DNA of 64,000 bases from NCBI GenBank assembly GCA_016735295.1, contig JAERRU010000003.1, positions 742 through 64,741 of the forward strand, given 5' to 3'. A program made the position numbers and the translations under genes. The notes beneath the pieces were generated by a model. That model saw only the letters and a list, made by a program, of their open reading frames with translations. It had not been told where the DNA came from and made no database searches. The DNA is from SAR324 cluster bacterium. GTDB lineage: Bacteria; SAR324; XYD2-FULL-50-16; JAERRU01. Position 1 is the first letter of the stretch. Each line of letters starts with the position of its first letter. Of this stretch, positions 37,362-48,012 are shown piece after piece.

Positions 37362-38354
37362 TTAATTAAATTTACCACTAAAAAACTTATCTCTTTGCTC
37401 TCCTAACCCTCTTAAAAATTCTAAGGTGTTATTTTCTCTCTTTCCTGCCCATTGACAGCTTAACACCTCCAAAAATCCTTTTTGACAAATCACCTTAAAA
37501 CCATCATTAGTGGCTACTATTTTCCCCACTTCATCCACCTTCCCTTCTTCGTATGCACCCGCTACTAATTTTACTTGCTTAAAAAATATACGCTTATTTT
37601 CATAAAAAGTATAAATTCCCGGTTGCGGGGAAAATGCCTGCCACTGCCTATATATCTCTTTTGCACTTCTTTGCCAGTTTATTTGACTATCTTTTTTAGT
37701 CACTCGCCGGCTATAGCTCGCGTGTTGATGATTTTGTTTAACTGGCTTTAGTTGATTTATTTTAGCTAGTGATTCTATTAATAATGTTGCTCCTAGCGGG
37801 CAAAGGCCTTGCTGTAAATCAAAAAAATTAATCCCCTCATCTATTTTATAGCTCGCCTGCCCCACTACCGCTCCTTGATCCATATATTCGTTCATTTTAA
37901 TCAGGCTAACCCCTGTTTTTTTGTCCCCATTTAATAGGCTAAATTGTATCGGCGCCGCTCCTCTTAAATGCGGTAATAGCGAATAATGCAAATTATAACA
38001 ACCCAAGCGAGGTATTTCTAGCACCTCATTTGATAATATCTGCCCATAGGCTATCACGATAAAAATATCGGCTTGATACTCCCTTAGTTTATCAATACTA
38101 GATAATTCATTGAGCCGATCAGGAGTAAATACTGGTATTTCTTGTTCTAAAGCTAATTCTTTTACTACAGAAGCAGTAAGTTTCATGCTGCGTCCTTGGC
38201 GTCTATCTGGTTGGCTCACCACCAGCACTGGCTTATAATTAGCATCAATCATTGCTGATAAAGTTTGTGCTGCCACCACCGGTGTGCCCATAAAAACTAT
38301 CCGCAATTTCTGATTATTATTATTATTATTATTATTATCTTTATTCACCGCCAT
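37362..38354 (-). CDS. fmt: Methionyl-tRNA formyltransferase with an N-terminal poly-Asn insertion
   Basis: 330-aa ORF; IVFMGTP, NLHYSLLPHLRGAAPIQ; N8 tract after residue 6. Confidence 0.9.
   Translation of the reverse strand: MAVNKDNNNNNNNNQKLRIVFMGTPVVAAQTLSAMIDANYKPVLVVSQPDRRQGRSMKLTASVVKELALEQEIPVFTPDRLNELSSIDKLREYQADIFIVIAYGQILSNEVLEIPRLGCYNLHYSLLPHLRGAAPIQFSLLNGDKKTGVSLIKMNEYMDQGAVVGQASYKIDEGINFFDLQQGLCPLGATLLIESLAKINQLKPVKQNHQHASYSRRVTKKDSQINWQRSAKEIYRQWQAFSPQPGIYTFYENKRIFFKQVKLVAGAYEEGKVDEVGKIVATNDGFKVICQKGFLEVLSCQWAGKRENNTLEFLRGLGEQRDKFFSGKFN
38313..38336 (-). repeat. (AAT)8 trinucleotide tract, read as ATT on the plus strand, at the 5' end of fmt
   Basis: Read directly; encodes N8. 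Confidence 0.9.
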
Positions 38355-38376
38355 CTAACGCTTCACTGGCTTATCA

Positions 38377-40086
38377 CTAAGCACTAATTTTATGGGTTAC
38401 TTTTTTATGATTAATTTCTGCTAACAATTGAAGTGATTCACTATTTGCTTTTAATTGACAAATAGTCGCCCATGGGCTTTTAGTTTCTCCTTTTTGCAGA
38501 TGATAATCAGCAATTAATCCCTTTTCTTTCATAAATCTAATCGCCGATAAGGTTTTATATACCGCTCGGTATTGAGCCGATTTTGAAAAATAAAGCCTGC
38601 TTCCACTTATTATATTACTAATATTTTGCGTTAACACGCCCCCTTTAAAATTATATTCATATAACCAATTTGTGGTTAGATAAATCATCAAATTAATCAC
38701 CTCTTTTAGTGAAACTGGTATTTTTAAAGTGAAAAAATCCTTAGGAATTAGTAAATATGGTATCGCCAAAGGAAGATAACCTAATTTATTATTTCCTGAA
38801 AAAACTTTATCTAAAAAAATATCCATTGTTTGAGGAACTATTTCTTTATCATCAGCAAAAGTTTTTCCCATCACCACCAACAATTTATATCTCTTGAGCT
38901 CGCCATTTTCTTCTCTTTGTCTAATGACATCAAAATTAGCTAACTCATTAAAAATCATTTGTGTTTTTTTCCAGTTAGCCTCTTCTCGGGCAAGCCATCT
39001 TTTAGATTTCTTAGGATCTTTTAGTGTTTTTGATTTTTTTACTGAATTTACTTGGCTAGCCTTTCGTAAATTTTCATTTAATAACTCTAAATGATTTCTC
39101 ACATTAAAACTCTTTACCACGCCCCCTCTGGCGGGTAAAAACTGTCTTAATATGCCATAAAACGCTACTACTCCTTTAATAGAATGCTTCTTTTGCAAAT
39201 AATTTTGAAATTCATAAAAGCTTTCCCAAGGTTTTTCGGGAATTAATTTTAGTTGTGTTTTTTCTTGTTGCTGATCTCTCCAATCTAGCCCTGTTAAAGA
39301 AAATTCCTCATTTTCTTGCTCAATTGATGATTGATTTATTTCTTCCGATTTTTCTTGTACCAGATTTTTCTTGGTGTAATTAACCAAACTAGGAGCAAAA
39401 AATTGTTGGCTAGCTAGCCTTGATTTAGGTTCTTTTTCAAATACTAACGCTTCCCACAAACTATGTTGCAAATAGGAGGTTGTGCAAAGAACCTCATCAG
39501 TTTGCCAATTAATTATCCTTTTATGCTCCCCAAATTCATAGCTAATCCAGTTATGTTGGGGAAAAGATTTAGCTACTAATATTAATTTTAAATTAGGCGG
39601 GGGTCTATCACCTATTTGGGCTAAAAAGCTAAGCCTGACTATTTGTAAGATAGAATATAGGAGAGACTCTTCATTGAATAATTTATCTAAAAAATCTGGC
39701 CGTGCTAGTTTTATTTTATTATCCACTAACAAGCCCACAACCAATTGCCACTTAGTTTTTATATCGCTAATTGAATATAAAATAGTGAGCAGTTGCACTA
39801 AGGCAGGCAAGCGAGCCTGATTATTTTGCAAAAAAAGTATAATATCTCGCTGCAAATAAAGGTTTCTTGCCTTTTGTCTGATTTGGGGGGTGAGCGAAAA
39901 ATTTGACCTGCTATTAGTAAATAAAAATTCAATGCTATCCTTAATTTTAGCTAATGCTGCCTTAGGGTCATTATCGCTATTTTCCAGTAGCCCAGTAGCC
40001 TTTTTAAATGAGTCTAATAATGGAATATTAAATGAGAAACGAGTAGGTACCCCATTTTTATATTCTATTCCCGAAAAATGTAGCAT
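38377..40086 (-). CDS. Hypothetical protein, 569 aa, no recognised domain
   Basis: Long uninterrupted ORF, stop 22 nt upstream of the fmt start on the same strand; no motif I can assign. Confidence 0.6.
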   Translation of the reverse strand: MLHFSGIEYKNGVPTRFSFNIPLLDSFKKATGLLENSDNDPKAALAKIKDSIEFLFTNSRSNFSLTPQIRQKARNLYLQRDIILFLQNNQARLPALVQLLTILYSISDIKTKWQLVVGLLVDNKIKLARPDFLDKLFNEESLLYSILQIVRLSFLAQIGDRPPPNLKLILVAKSFPQHNWISYEFGEHKRIINWQTDEVLCTTSYLQHSLWEALVFEKEPKSRLASQQFFAPSLVNYTKKNLVQEKSEEINQSSIEQENEEFSLTGLDWRDQQQEKTQLKLIPEKPWESFYEFQNYLQKKHSIKGVVAFYGILRQFLPARGGVVKSFNVRNHLELLNENLRKASQVNSVKKSKTLKDPKKSKRWLAREEANWKKTQMIFNELANFDVIRQREENGELKRYKLLVVMGKTFADDKEIVPQTMDIFLDKVFSGNNKLGYLPLAIPYLLIPKDFFTLKIPVSLKEVINLMIYLTTNWLYEYNFKGGVLTQNISNIISGSRLYFSKSAQYRAVYKTLSAIRFMKEKGLIADYHLQKGETKSPWATICQLKANSESLQLLAEINHKKVTHKISA

Positions 40087-40254
40087 CTATTATTTTTATT
40101 GCTGCAATATTATTATTTGAAAGTTGCTGAAATATTTATTTTTGATTTATTTTACTCAAAAAATATTATCAAGCATATTATAAATCACCTGCCATAGCAC
40201 TTGCTACTATTATGCCAAGGAAAGCTAAGTAGCTTAAGTTCTAGTAATTATTGC

Positions 40255-40866
40255 TTACTGAATAGCTAAAACACAATGATCGTAAAAATTTTCCGTCTTA
40301 ACTCCCACTTGGTTTAACGCAAATCGCCATCTATTTTGATAGCCTTCAGCAAGTAAACCTTTAGCAAAATCTTGATAAGAAAGCTCTACTCGCCACCAAG
40401 AACTTTGCCCAATTTCATCATCTAATTGCTCTTCAGACCAACAAGCGTAACCAAGCCCCATTTCGTGTATTTTAAGTGGTGCTAAATCATTAAATTCAAT
40501 AGATTCATTTTTTATAAAACTAAAATCTAATTTATGTATTGTTTTATTGGTTTGTTGACAAAAAGAACTATCCTCTCGCAAATACCACATAGAAGATGTT
40601 GCCACTGGACCGCCCCATAAAAGGTGAGTTTCTCCTTTTATATCAGTAATTTCAGCGTTAGCCATGTCGTGCATAGATAAAGATTGAATTAACTCATCAT
40701 CCTTTTCAAATCTAGCTGGTTTATTTAAAACTATCCCCAAAACGACATCTTGGATAACGCTATTATCAATTAATAAAATAACTGTTTGATTAAATATATC
40801 CCCCTTTAAAGAAGGCATAGAGACTAATAAACTCACCTTTTCTTGTTTATTATTTGGAGTTTTCAT
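40255..40866 (-). CDS. YqgE/AlgH family protein (UPF0301)
   Basis: 203-aa ORF; LLVSMPSLKGDIFNQTVILL....GIVLNKP and GGPV..LWGG typical of the family. Confidence 0.75.
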   Translation of the reverse strand: MKTPNNKQEKVSLLVSMPSLKGDIFNQTVILLIDNSVIQDVVLGIVLNKPARFEKDDELIQSLSMHDMANAEITDIKGETHLLWGGPVATSSMWYLREDSSFCQQTNKTIHKLDFSFIKNESIEFNDLAPLKIHEMGLGYACWSEEQLDDEIGQSSWWRVELSYQDFAKGLLAEGYQNRWRFALNQVGVKTENFYDHCVLAIQ

Positions 40867-41260
40867 AAAATTAATTTTTATTTTAAATAATCTTACTAAA
40901 AATATTTTTTACTAAAAATTTATTTTCCCTCGTTTATGGCAAACACTATACATATAAAATTTTATAATTATATTTGAATAGTAACTAAAAATTTAGATTT
41001 AATAATAGGTTTATTTTTAAGATATAATCTAAATTTATAAAAAAATACTTGCTTTTAATGTAGTTAATAATTATATGTTGCTGTTTTGGTTTTACAAATT
41101 TACCTTTGCTTTAAGATAAATTATAGTAAATACTAAATAATAATTTTTGCTAATTATTTTTTTAGTTAAAAAATTTAATTAAGCAAAGATATCGCATTAC
41201 TTCTTTTATTTTATATTTTAATTTATTAAATAACTAATTTATCACTACATAATATAATAA

Positions 41261-41644
41261 ATGCCTACTCTGAATCAGTTAATAAAAAAAGGTCGCAAAA
41301 ATAAAAGTTACCGCAACACAGTACTAGCTCTAGGTGCTTCTCCCCAAAAAAGGGGTGTTTGCACTAGAGTTTATACCACCACCCCCAAAAAACCTAACTC
41401 TGCTTTAAGGAAAGTGGCCAGAGTCAGGCTATCTAATGGGTTTGAGGTTACGTCTTACATCCCTGGTGCTGGTCATAATTTACAAGAGCATTCGGTTGTG
41501 TTGATTAGAGGAGGGCGGGTGAAAGATCTTCCTGGAGTTCGTTATCATATAGTAAGAGGAGCTCTTGATACCCAAGGAACAGCTAATCGAAAAAAGAGCC
41601 GTTCTAAATACGGCACTAAGCAACCAAAGGCTACTAAATCATAG
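41261..41644 (+). CDS. rpsL: 30S ribosomal protein S12
   Basis: 127 aa; [18 protein letters not shown]; first gene of the str cluster. Confidence 0.98.
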   Translation: MPTLNQLIKKGRKNKSYRNTVLALGASPQKRGVCTRVYTTTPKKPNSALRKVARVRLSNGFEVTSYIPGAGHNLQEHSVVLIRGGRVKDLPGVRYHIVRGALDTQGTANRKKSRSKYGTKQPKATKS

Positions 41645-41694
41645 TTTTATCATCATAAATAAATAATTTATATTCACTTGCATAGTTTAGATTT

Positions 41695-42168
41695 ATGTCC
41701 AGAAGAAGAAGAGCAGCAGTTAGAGAAATAGCCTCAGATCCAAAATTCAAGGATCCTGTAATAGGTAAATTCATTAATTATGTGATGCGTCAAGGCAAAA
41801 AAGGAATAGCGGAAAAGATAGTCTATGGATCTTTAGATAGATTAGCCGAAAAAATAACCGAAGAAAGCATCCAAGATGCTTTTCATAAATTATTATCAAA
41901 CGTAAAACCTCATCTAGAAGTTAAATCACGCCGTATTGGGGGCTCAACATATCAAATACCAATTGAAGTTAGAGATTCACGCAAAGTGTGCTTAGCTCTG
42001 CGTTGGATTGTTACTGCCTCTAAGGCAAGATCTGGCCATTCAATGGTAGATAAGCTTTCGGCTGAATTGGTGGACGCTTATAATAATAAAGGAGAGGCGG
42101 TTAAAAAGAAAGAAAATACCCACAAAATGGCGGAAGCTAACCGAGCTTTTGCTCATTATATCTGGTAA
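41695..42168 (+). CDS. rpsG: 30S ribosomal protein S7
   Basis: 157 aa; KSRRIGGSTYQIPIEV; ANRAFAHY. Confidence 0.98.
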   Translation: MSRRRRAAVREIASDPKFKDPVIGKFINYVMRQGKKGIAEKIVYGSLDRLAEKITEESIQDAFHKLLSNVKPHLEVKSRRIGGSTYQIPIEVRDSRKVCLALRWIVTASKARSGHSMVDKLSAELVDAYNNKGEAVKKKENTHKMAEANRAFAHYIW

Positions 42169-42208
42169 TAAATAGCTACTTTAGTTAGTAGGTGTTTTTG
42201 GGTTTTCT

Positions 42209-44251
42209 ATGGATATCAGCCACATTAGGAATATAGGAATAGTTGCCCATATAGACGCTGGAAAAACTACTACTACTGAAAGAATTCTCTTTTATTCAGG
42301 AAAAATCCACAAAATAGGCGAGGTTGACGCCGGATCCACTACTATGGATTGGATGCCTCAAGAACAAGAGCGGGGCATAACCATAACTTCGGCGGCTACT
42401 ACTTGCTATTGGCGTGATTCAGAAAATAATTATCAAATAAATTTAATAGATACTCCAGGGCATGTTGATTTCACTTTAGAAGTTGAGAGGAGCCTGCGGG
42501 TAATGGATGGAGTGGTGGTGGTTTTGTGTGCTGCATCTGGCGTGCAGCCTCAAACTGAAACTGTTTGGCGTCAAGCTGATAAATTTGCGGTACCAAGGAT
42601 AGTTTTTGTTAATAAAATGGACCGTAAGGGGGCTGATTATTTTAAATCTTTGCTGGAATTAGATGATAACTTTTCTTGCCGCACAGTTCCTATAAATATA
42701 CCCTATTGGGAGAATGGAGAATTTAAAGGAATAATTGATCTTATTCAAAAAAGAATTATTTTAGCCGATGATAATGACTCAGGAAAAGATCTTAAATCAT
42801 TATTAGTATCAGATAAATCTATCGCTGAGGTGGATAAGCACCGTAATTTTTTACTGGAATCGGCTTCTGAGTTTGACGATGATTTATTAGAACATCTGTT
42901 GGAAGGAAAAGATGACCCACCTTGTGAATTAATTTACCGAGCGATTAGGAAGGGATGTTTGCAAAGAAAAATAATTCCTGCATTTAGTGGGGCAGCTTTT
43001 AAAAATAAGGGCGTACAAAATTTAATTAGCGGGGTAGTGAAATTTTTACCTAGTCCTTTATCTGGTAATTTAGGTGAAGTTAAAAATACAAAAGGTGAAG
43101 CTAGTAAAGTTAAATCATCTGCCCAAGCTAATCCTTTAGCATTGTTATTTAAGGTTCAACTAGATAATTATGCGGGGGTATTGTCTTACTTGAGAGTATA
43201 TTCAGGGGAAATAAAGGCGGGCAAGGCTTATTGGAATAGCCGGCTTAACCGCCATGAAAGGGTGATGAAGCTATATAGAATTCATTCATCTAAGAGAGAA
43301 ACGATAGAAAAGATTAGTGCGGGTGATATTGCGGCGGCTATTGGTTTTAATAAATCTTTGACTGGCGACACTTTCTCGACCAAGGAAGAAGGATTTTTAT
43401 TAGAATCCATTTATATTCCACAGCCAGTTATTTCTATTGCCGTTGAGCTTAAATCTAGCGTTGATCAGCCGTTACTCGATAACTTTTTAGAAAAATTAGC
43501 CAGAGAAGACCCATCATTCAGGTTTGGCAAAGATATTGATACAGGGCAAACTATTTTATCTGGCATGGGTGAGCTTCATTTAGAAGTAATCATCAAAAGG
43601 ATAGCACAAGAGGGCAAGCTTAGTTTAAATACAGGAAAGCAGCAGGTAGCTTACCGAGAAACAATAAAAAAATTAGTGGAATGTGAAGAAATTTTCACTA
43701 AACCCTTACTCGGCAAGCCTTGTTTTGCTAAAATAAAAATTGAAGTTTCTCCATTACCAGAAGAAGGAAAAAATTTGATTGTTATTTTACCCGATTTTGT
43801 TAATCATACAGAATTAAAGGAAATAATTGAGAGTGGGTGCAAAGAAGCGTTAAGCTCAGGTATTTTGGGTGGACATTCTTTGCTAAATGTTAAAGTGGTG
43901 GTAAAAGAGGTGGAGGTTGATGAAGATAATTATCAAAGTAATGCATTTAAAGTTGCTACTGGATTAGCGATTAGAAAATGTTTACTTGGGGCTAATTGTT
44001 GCTTAATGGAGCCACAAATGAAAATTGCGGTAAGTGTCCCTAAAGAGTCAGTAGGTGGGGTGGTGCGCAATCTTAATCAACGTCAAGCTAAGATATTGGC
44101 AATAGAAGAAAATGATGATTCTATTAGTCAAAAAATTTTAGGTTCCGCCCCTTTATCAAAGATGTTAGGCTATACCACACAACTTAGATCTAGCACGCAA
44201 GGTAAGGGAGTTTTTTCTATGGAATTTGATTGTTTTTCCCCCTTGCAATAG
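42209..44251 (+). CDS. fusA: Translation elongation factor G
   Basis: 680 aa; AHIDAGKTT, DTPGHVDF, NKMD; between rpsG and tuf. Confidence 0.95.
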   Translation: MDISHIRNIGIVAHIDAGKTTTTERILFYSGKIHKIGEVDAGSTTMDWMPQEQERGITITSAATTCYWRDSENNYQINLIDTPGHVDFTLEVERSLRVMDGVVVVLCAASGVQPQTETVWRQADKFAVPRIVFVNKMDRKGADYFKSLLELDDNFSCRTVPINIPYWENGEFKGIIDLIQKRIILADDNDSGKDLKSLLVSDKSIAEVDKHRNFLLESASEFDDDLLEHLLEGKDDPPCELIYRAIRKGCLQRKIIPAFSGAAFKNKGVQNLISGVVKFLPSPLSGNLGEVKNTKGEASKVKSSAQANPLALLFKVQLDNYAGVLSYLRVYSGEIKAGKAYWNSRLNRHERVMKLYRIHSSKRETIEKISAGDIAAAIGFNKSLTGDTFSTKEEGFLLESIYIPQPVISIAVELKSSVDQPLLDNFLEKLAREDPSFRFGKDIDTGQTILSGMGELHLEVIIKRIAQEGKLSLNTGKQQVAYRETIKKLVECEEIFTKPLLGKPCFAKIKIEVSPLPEEGKNLIVILPDFVNHTELKEIIESGCKEALSSGILGGHSLLNVKVVVKEVEVDEDNYQSNAFKVATGLAIRKCLLGANCCLMEPQMKIAVSVPKESVGGVVRNLNQRQAKILAIEENDDSISQKILGSAPLSKMLGYTTQLRSSTQGKGVFSMEFDCFSPLQ

Positions 44252-44457
44252 TTATTTATTAGTTGTAGGATGGGGGGTTATGTGGGTAAAATAAGTGGAA
44301 TATAATCACTTACCATCATTTGCTAGGTAGTATTTTAGCTGTAATTATTAATTATATGATATATTATTTAATTTTAGTAATTATAACTAATAAAAAATTA
44401 TTAATTATTTTGAATTTTATTTTTAATATTTAACGAACACTAGATATTTGGAGCGTT

Positions 44458-45657
44458 ATGGCTAAAGAAGTTTTTAAAAGAAATAAGCCCCATGTTAATA
44501 TAGGGACTATCGGACATGTCGATCACGGTAAAACCACATTAACTGCCGCAATTACAAAAGTAATGGCGCTGCAAGGTTTTGCTGAACAAAAAGATTATGG
44601 AGATATAGACAACGCTCCTGAAGAAAAAGCTCGCGGTATAACCATATCCACTGCTCATGTGGAATATGAATCTGAAAAACGACATTATGCCCATGTGGAT
44701 TGTCCTGGTCATGCTGATTATGTAAAAAATATGATCACAGGAGCAGCTCAAATGGATGGAGCAATTTTGGTGGTGTCTGCAGCTGATGGCCCTATGCCTC
44801 AAACAAGGGAGCATATTTTATTGGCTAGCCAAGTTGGCGTACCTCATATAGTAGTATTTTTAAATAAATGCGATATGGTTGATGATCCTGAGTTATTAGA
44901 TTTAGTGGAAGTTGAAGTAAGAGATTTACTTAATAAATATGACTTTCCTGGGGATGACACACCTATCGTAAGAGGCTCAGCAATAAAAGCTACTGAATCA
45001 GCATCAACTGGTTCTGATGCTGAAGAATTTAAATGCATTTTGGAGCTTTTAAATAAAGTTGATGAATTCATTCCTGAACCAGCAAGAGATATGGATAAAC
45101 CTTTCTTGATGCCTGTTGAGGATGTATTTTCTATTTCTGGTCGGGGCACGGTGGTGACTGGCAGAATTGAAAGAGGAATAGTTAAAGTAAATGAAGATGC
45201 TGAGATAATAGGTTATAGAGAAACACAAAAAACTACCGTAACTGGAGTGGAAATGTTTCGAAAATTACTAGATCAAGGCCAAGCCGGTGATAATGTTGGC
45301 TTACTTCTTAGGGGTGTCAAGAAAGAGGACGTAGAAAGAGGTATGGTAGTTTGTAAACCAGCTTCGGTCACTCCTCATGATGAATTTGAGTGTCAAGTTT
45401 ATGTATTAACCAAAGATGAGGGAGGTCGTCATACGGCTTTTTTGAATAACTATCGTCCCCAATTTTACTTCAGAACAACTGACGTAACGGGAATAGTTAC
45501 CTTACCTGAAGGAGTAGAATTAGTTTTACCTGGTGATGACACCACTATGACGGTTTCTTTAATCACCAAAATTGCATTGGAGCAAGGCTTAAAATTTGCG
45601 ATTAGAGAGGGTGGACGAACGATTGGAGCGGGAACTGTAACTAAGATTATAAAATAA
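44458..45657 (+). CDS. tuf: Translation elongation factor Tu
   Basis: 399 aa; [21 protein letters not shown]; GGAG Shine-Dalgarno motif upstream. Confidence 0.99.
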   Translation: MAKEVFKRNKPHVNIGTIGHVDHGKTTLTAAITKVMALQGFAEQKDYGDIDNAPEEKARGITISTAHVEYESEKRHYAHVDCPGHADYVKNMITGAAQMDGAILVVSAADGPMPQTREHILLASQVGVPHIVVFLNKCDMVDDPELLDLVEVEVRDLLNKYDFPGDDTPIVRGSAIKATESASTGSDAEEFKCILELLNKVDEFIPEPARDMDKPFLMPVEDVFSISGRGTVVTGRIERGIVKVNEDAEIIGYRETQKTTVTGVEMFRKLLDQGQAGDNVGLLLRGVKKEDVERGMVVCKPASVTPHDEFECQVYVLTKDEGGRHTAFLNNYRPQFYFRTTDVTGIVTLPEGVELVLPGDDTTMTVSLITKIALEQGLKFAIREGGRTIGAGTVTKIIK

Positions 45658-45665
45658 TTTCAGTT

Positions 45666-45974
45666 ATGGTTGATAAGATAAGGGTTAATTTCAAAGCATA
45701 CGACGAAAAACAGCTTGCTGAAGTCATTCAAAAAATATTGATTGTCGCTAGGCGAAGTGGGGCCATCGTGATTGGTCCAATTCCTTTGCCCAGCAAGAAG
45801 CGTCGTTTTTGTGTTAATCGTTCGCCGCATGTAGATAAAAAGTCTCGTGATCAATTTGAGCTTTGCACACATAAGCGGTTATTATATATTACTAATACGA
45901 CACAATTAACTATGGAAAATTTAATGAAGATGGACGTATCTTCAGGGGTTAAAGTAGACATAAAGGTTGGATAA
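45666..45974 (+). CDS. rpsJ: 30S ribosomal protein S10
   Basis: 102 aa; GPIPLPSKKRRF.VNRSPHVDKKSRDQFE. Confidence 0.97.
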   Translation: MVDKIRVNFKAYDEKQLAEVIQKILIVARRSGAIVIGPIPLPSKKRRFCVNRSPHVDKKSRDQFELCTHKRLLYITNTTQLTMENLMKMDVSSGVKVDIKVG

Positions 45975-46597
45975 TGGGAATTTTATCAGTACAAAATTTA
46001 AAAGGAGATAAAGTTGGTGAATTTAATGTTGCCGACGATATTTTAAACAAAAAGGTACAACCTTATCTGGTTAAAGATGTGGTGGTAGCCTATTTAGCGG
46101 ATTTACGCCAAGGCACCCACAGCACTAAAGGAACTTCTGATGTGGCGGGCTCAACTAGGAAATTATACCGCCAAAAAGGAACAGGTAACGCGAGGGTTGG
46201 CTCGGCTAAAGCTATTAATCGCCGGCACGGTGGGGTTCAGTTTGGCCCTAAACCTAGGAAGCATGGGGTAAAGGTTAATAAAAAGGTATCGCGAAGTGTG
46301 TTAGTTTTCGCTTTTGCTGAGGCGATTAGAACGAGTAAATTAGCAGTAATAGATAAATTAGCTTTAGAGTCGTTAAAATCTAAGCACGCAAAAGAATTAT
46401 TATCTACGTGGAACTCTAAAAATGTACTATTCGTAGAAGATTCTAAGTTTGATGATAATTTTATGTATGCTACGAGAAATTTTAATTGTTTTAAGTTAGT
46501 TTCACAAGATAAGCTTAACGTATATGATTTATTTAAATATCATCGCATTTTAATAAGTGAAGAGGCGATAAAGATATTTACTAGCAGGATTTCTTAA
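45974..46597 (+). CDS. rplD: 50S ribosomal protein L4
   Basis: 207 aa; YRQKGTGNARVGS; the ATG overlaps the rpsJ stop (TAATG). Confidence 0.95.
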   Translation: MGILSVQNLKGDKVGEFNVADDILNKKVQPYLVKDVVVAYLADLRQGTHSTKGTSDVAGSTRKLYRQKGTGNARVGSAKAINRRHGGVQFGPKPRKHGVKVNKKVSRSVLVFAFAEAIRTSKLAVIDKLALESLKSKHAKELLSTWNSKNVLFVEDSKFDDNFMYATRNFNCFKLVSQDKLNVYDLFKYHRILISEEAIKIFTSRIS

Positions 46598-46884
46598 TGG
46601 ACAAATATATAGTCTTACAAAAGCCCTATTTATCGGAAAAGAGCATTGACCTTAAGGAGAAGCATCAACAAATTATTTTCCAGGTGCACCCGAAGGCCAA
46701 TAAGATAGAGATAAAAAAGGCGGTAGAGAAAATTTTTAAGGTAAAGGTTGAAGACGTTAAAACAATGCTTTATCAAGGAAAAAAGAAACGTCGTGATCAA
46801 CAAGTTGGCCGACGTGCAAAGTGGAAAAAAGCAATACTTACCTTGAAAAAAGGGGATAAAATTGAATATTTTGAGGGAACCTAG
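46597..46884 (+). CDS. rplW: 50S ribosomal protein L23
   Basis: 95 aa; L23-like sequence and position; TAATG junction with rplD. Confidence 0.93.
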   Translation: MDKYIVLQKPYLSEKSIDLKEKHQQIIFQVHPKANKIEIKKAVEKIFKVKVEDVKTMLYQGKKKRRDQQVGRRAKWKKAILTLKKGDKIEYFEGT

Positions 46885-47702
46885 TGGCTATTAAGAAATT
46901 TAGACCTACCACGCCATCACTAAGAACTTTAGTGCTGGTTAGTGATGATAATTTAACTAAAAATCGACCGCTTAAATCGCTAACTTCGGGGCTCACTAAG
47001 AGTGGTGGGCGTAATAATTATGGCAGAATAACCACCCGTCACATTGGCGGAGGGCATAAGAGGCTGTACCGAGAGATTGATTTTAAGCGTAATAAATATG
47101 ACATTTCTGGGGTAGTTAAGTCTATTGAGTATGACCCTAATCGCAGTGCTAATATAGCATTAATTGCTTATGTTGATGGGGAAAAAAGATATATTTTAGC
47201 TCCTCGTAATTTGGCGGTGGGCGATAAGGTTATTTCGGGAAGTAAAGTGGAGATTAGGCAAGGTAATGCCTGTGCTTTACGGAATATTCCCCCTGGCACA
47301 GTGGTGCATAATATAGAGCTTAAAATAAAAAAAGGGGGCCAGTTAGCGAGAAGTGCGGGATGTTCAGCTGTTTTAATGGCTAAAGGAGATGTTCACGCAA
47401 CTATTAAATTAAAATCTGGCGAAGTAAGATTGATACATTTGGATTGTTTTGCCACCATTGGAGAGGTGGGCAACCAAGATCATCGGTTAAGATCGTTAGG
47501 TAAAGCGGGCAGAAAGAGATGGCAAGGAGTTAGACCCACCGTGCGAGGAGTGGTGATGAATCCTGTTGATCATCCACATGGAGGTGGTGAAGGTAAGGGG
47601 AAAGGTAATCATCCACAATCTCCTACTGGTGTTTTGGCTATTGGATATAAGACGAGAAGGAACAAGCGAACTAGCAAGTTCATTTTAACTAGAATTAATT
47701 AA
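46884..47702 (+). CDS. rplB: 50S ribosomal protein L2
   Basis: 272 aa, GTG start; [14 protein letters not shown]. Confidence 0.98.
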   Translation: MAIKKFRPTTPSLRTLVLVSDDNLTKNRPLKSLTSGLTKSGGRNNYGRITTRHIGGGHKRLYREIDFKRNKYDISGVVKSIEYDPNRSANIALIAYVDGEKRYILAPRNLAVGDKVISGSKVEIRQGNACALRNIPPGTVVHNIELKIKKGGQLARSAGCSAVLMAKGDVHATIKLKSGEVRLIHLDCFATIGEVGNQDHRLRSLGKAGRKRWQGVRPTVRGVVMNPVDHPHGGGEGKGKGNHPQSPTGVLAIGYKTRRNKRTSKFILTRIN

Positions 47703-47716
47703 GTTTTATTTTATAA

Positions 47717-47986
47717 GTGACTAGATCATTAAAAAAAGGTCCTTTTGTGGACGATCATCTTTTAAAAAAATGCCAAATAGCAAAAAAAGGTGGTGCGCGT
47801 AAAATAATTAAGACTTGGTCGAGAAGATCAGTTATTATTCCTGATTTTGTAGGGCTTAATGTGGCTGTACACAATGGGAAGAAGTTTATTCCGATTTTCA
47901 TAACTGAAAATATGGTAGGTCATAAGCTAGGAGAATTTTCTCCTACTAGATATTTCCGCAATCATGCGGGTAGTGGAAAGAAGTAG
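47717..47986 (+). CDS. rpsS: 30S ribosomal protein S19
   Basis: 89 aa, GTG start; [19 protein letters not shown]. Confidence 0.98.
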   Translation: MTRSLKKGPFVDDHLLKKCQIAKKGGARKIIKTWSRRSVIIPDFVGLNVAVHNGKKFIPIFITENMVGHKLGEFSPTRYFRNHAGSGKK

Positions 47987-48012
47987 TTTATTAATGGTGA
48001 CGATGAGTTTTT

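Noticed and set aside
40867-41260. Promoter or ncRNA calls in the 394-nt AT-rich region upstream of rpsL (e.g. TTGCTT-N17-TATATG)
   Set aside because: Many weak -35/-10 look-alikes occur in pure A/T sequence. None stands out, so no specific coordinates can be supported.
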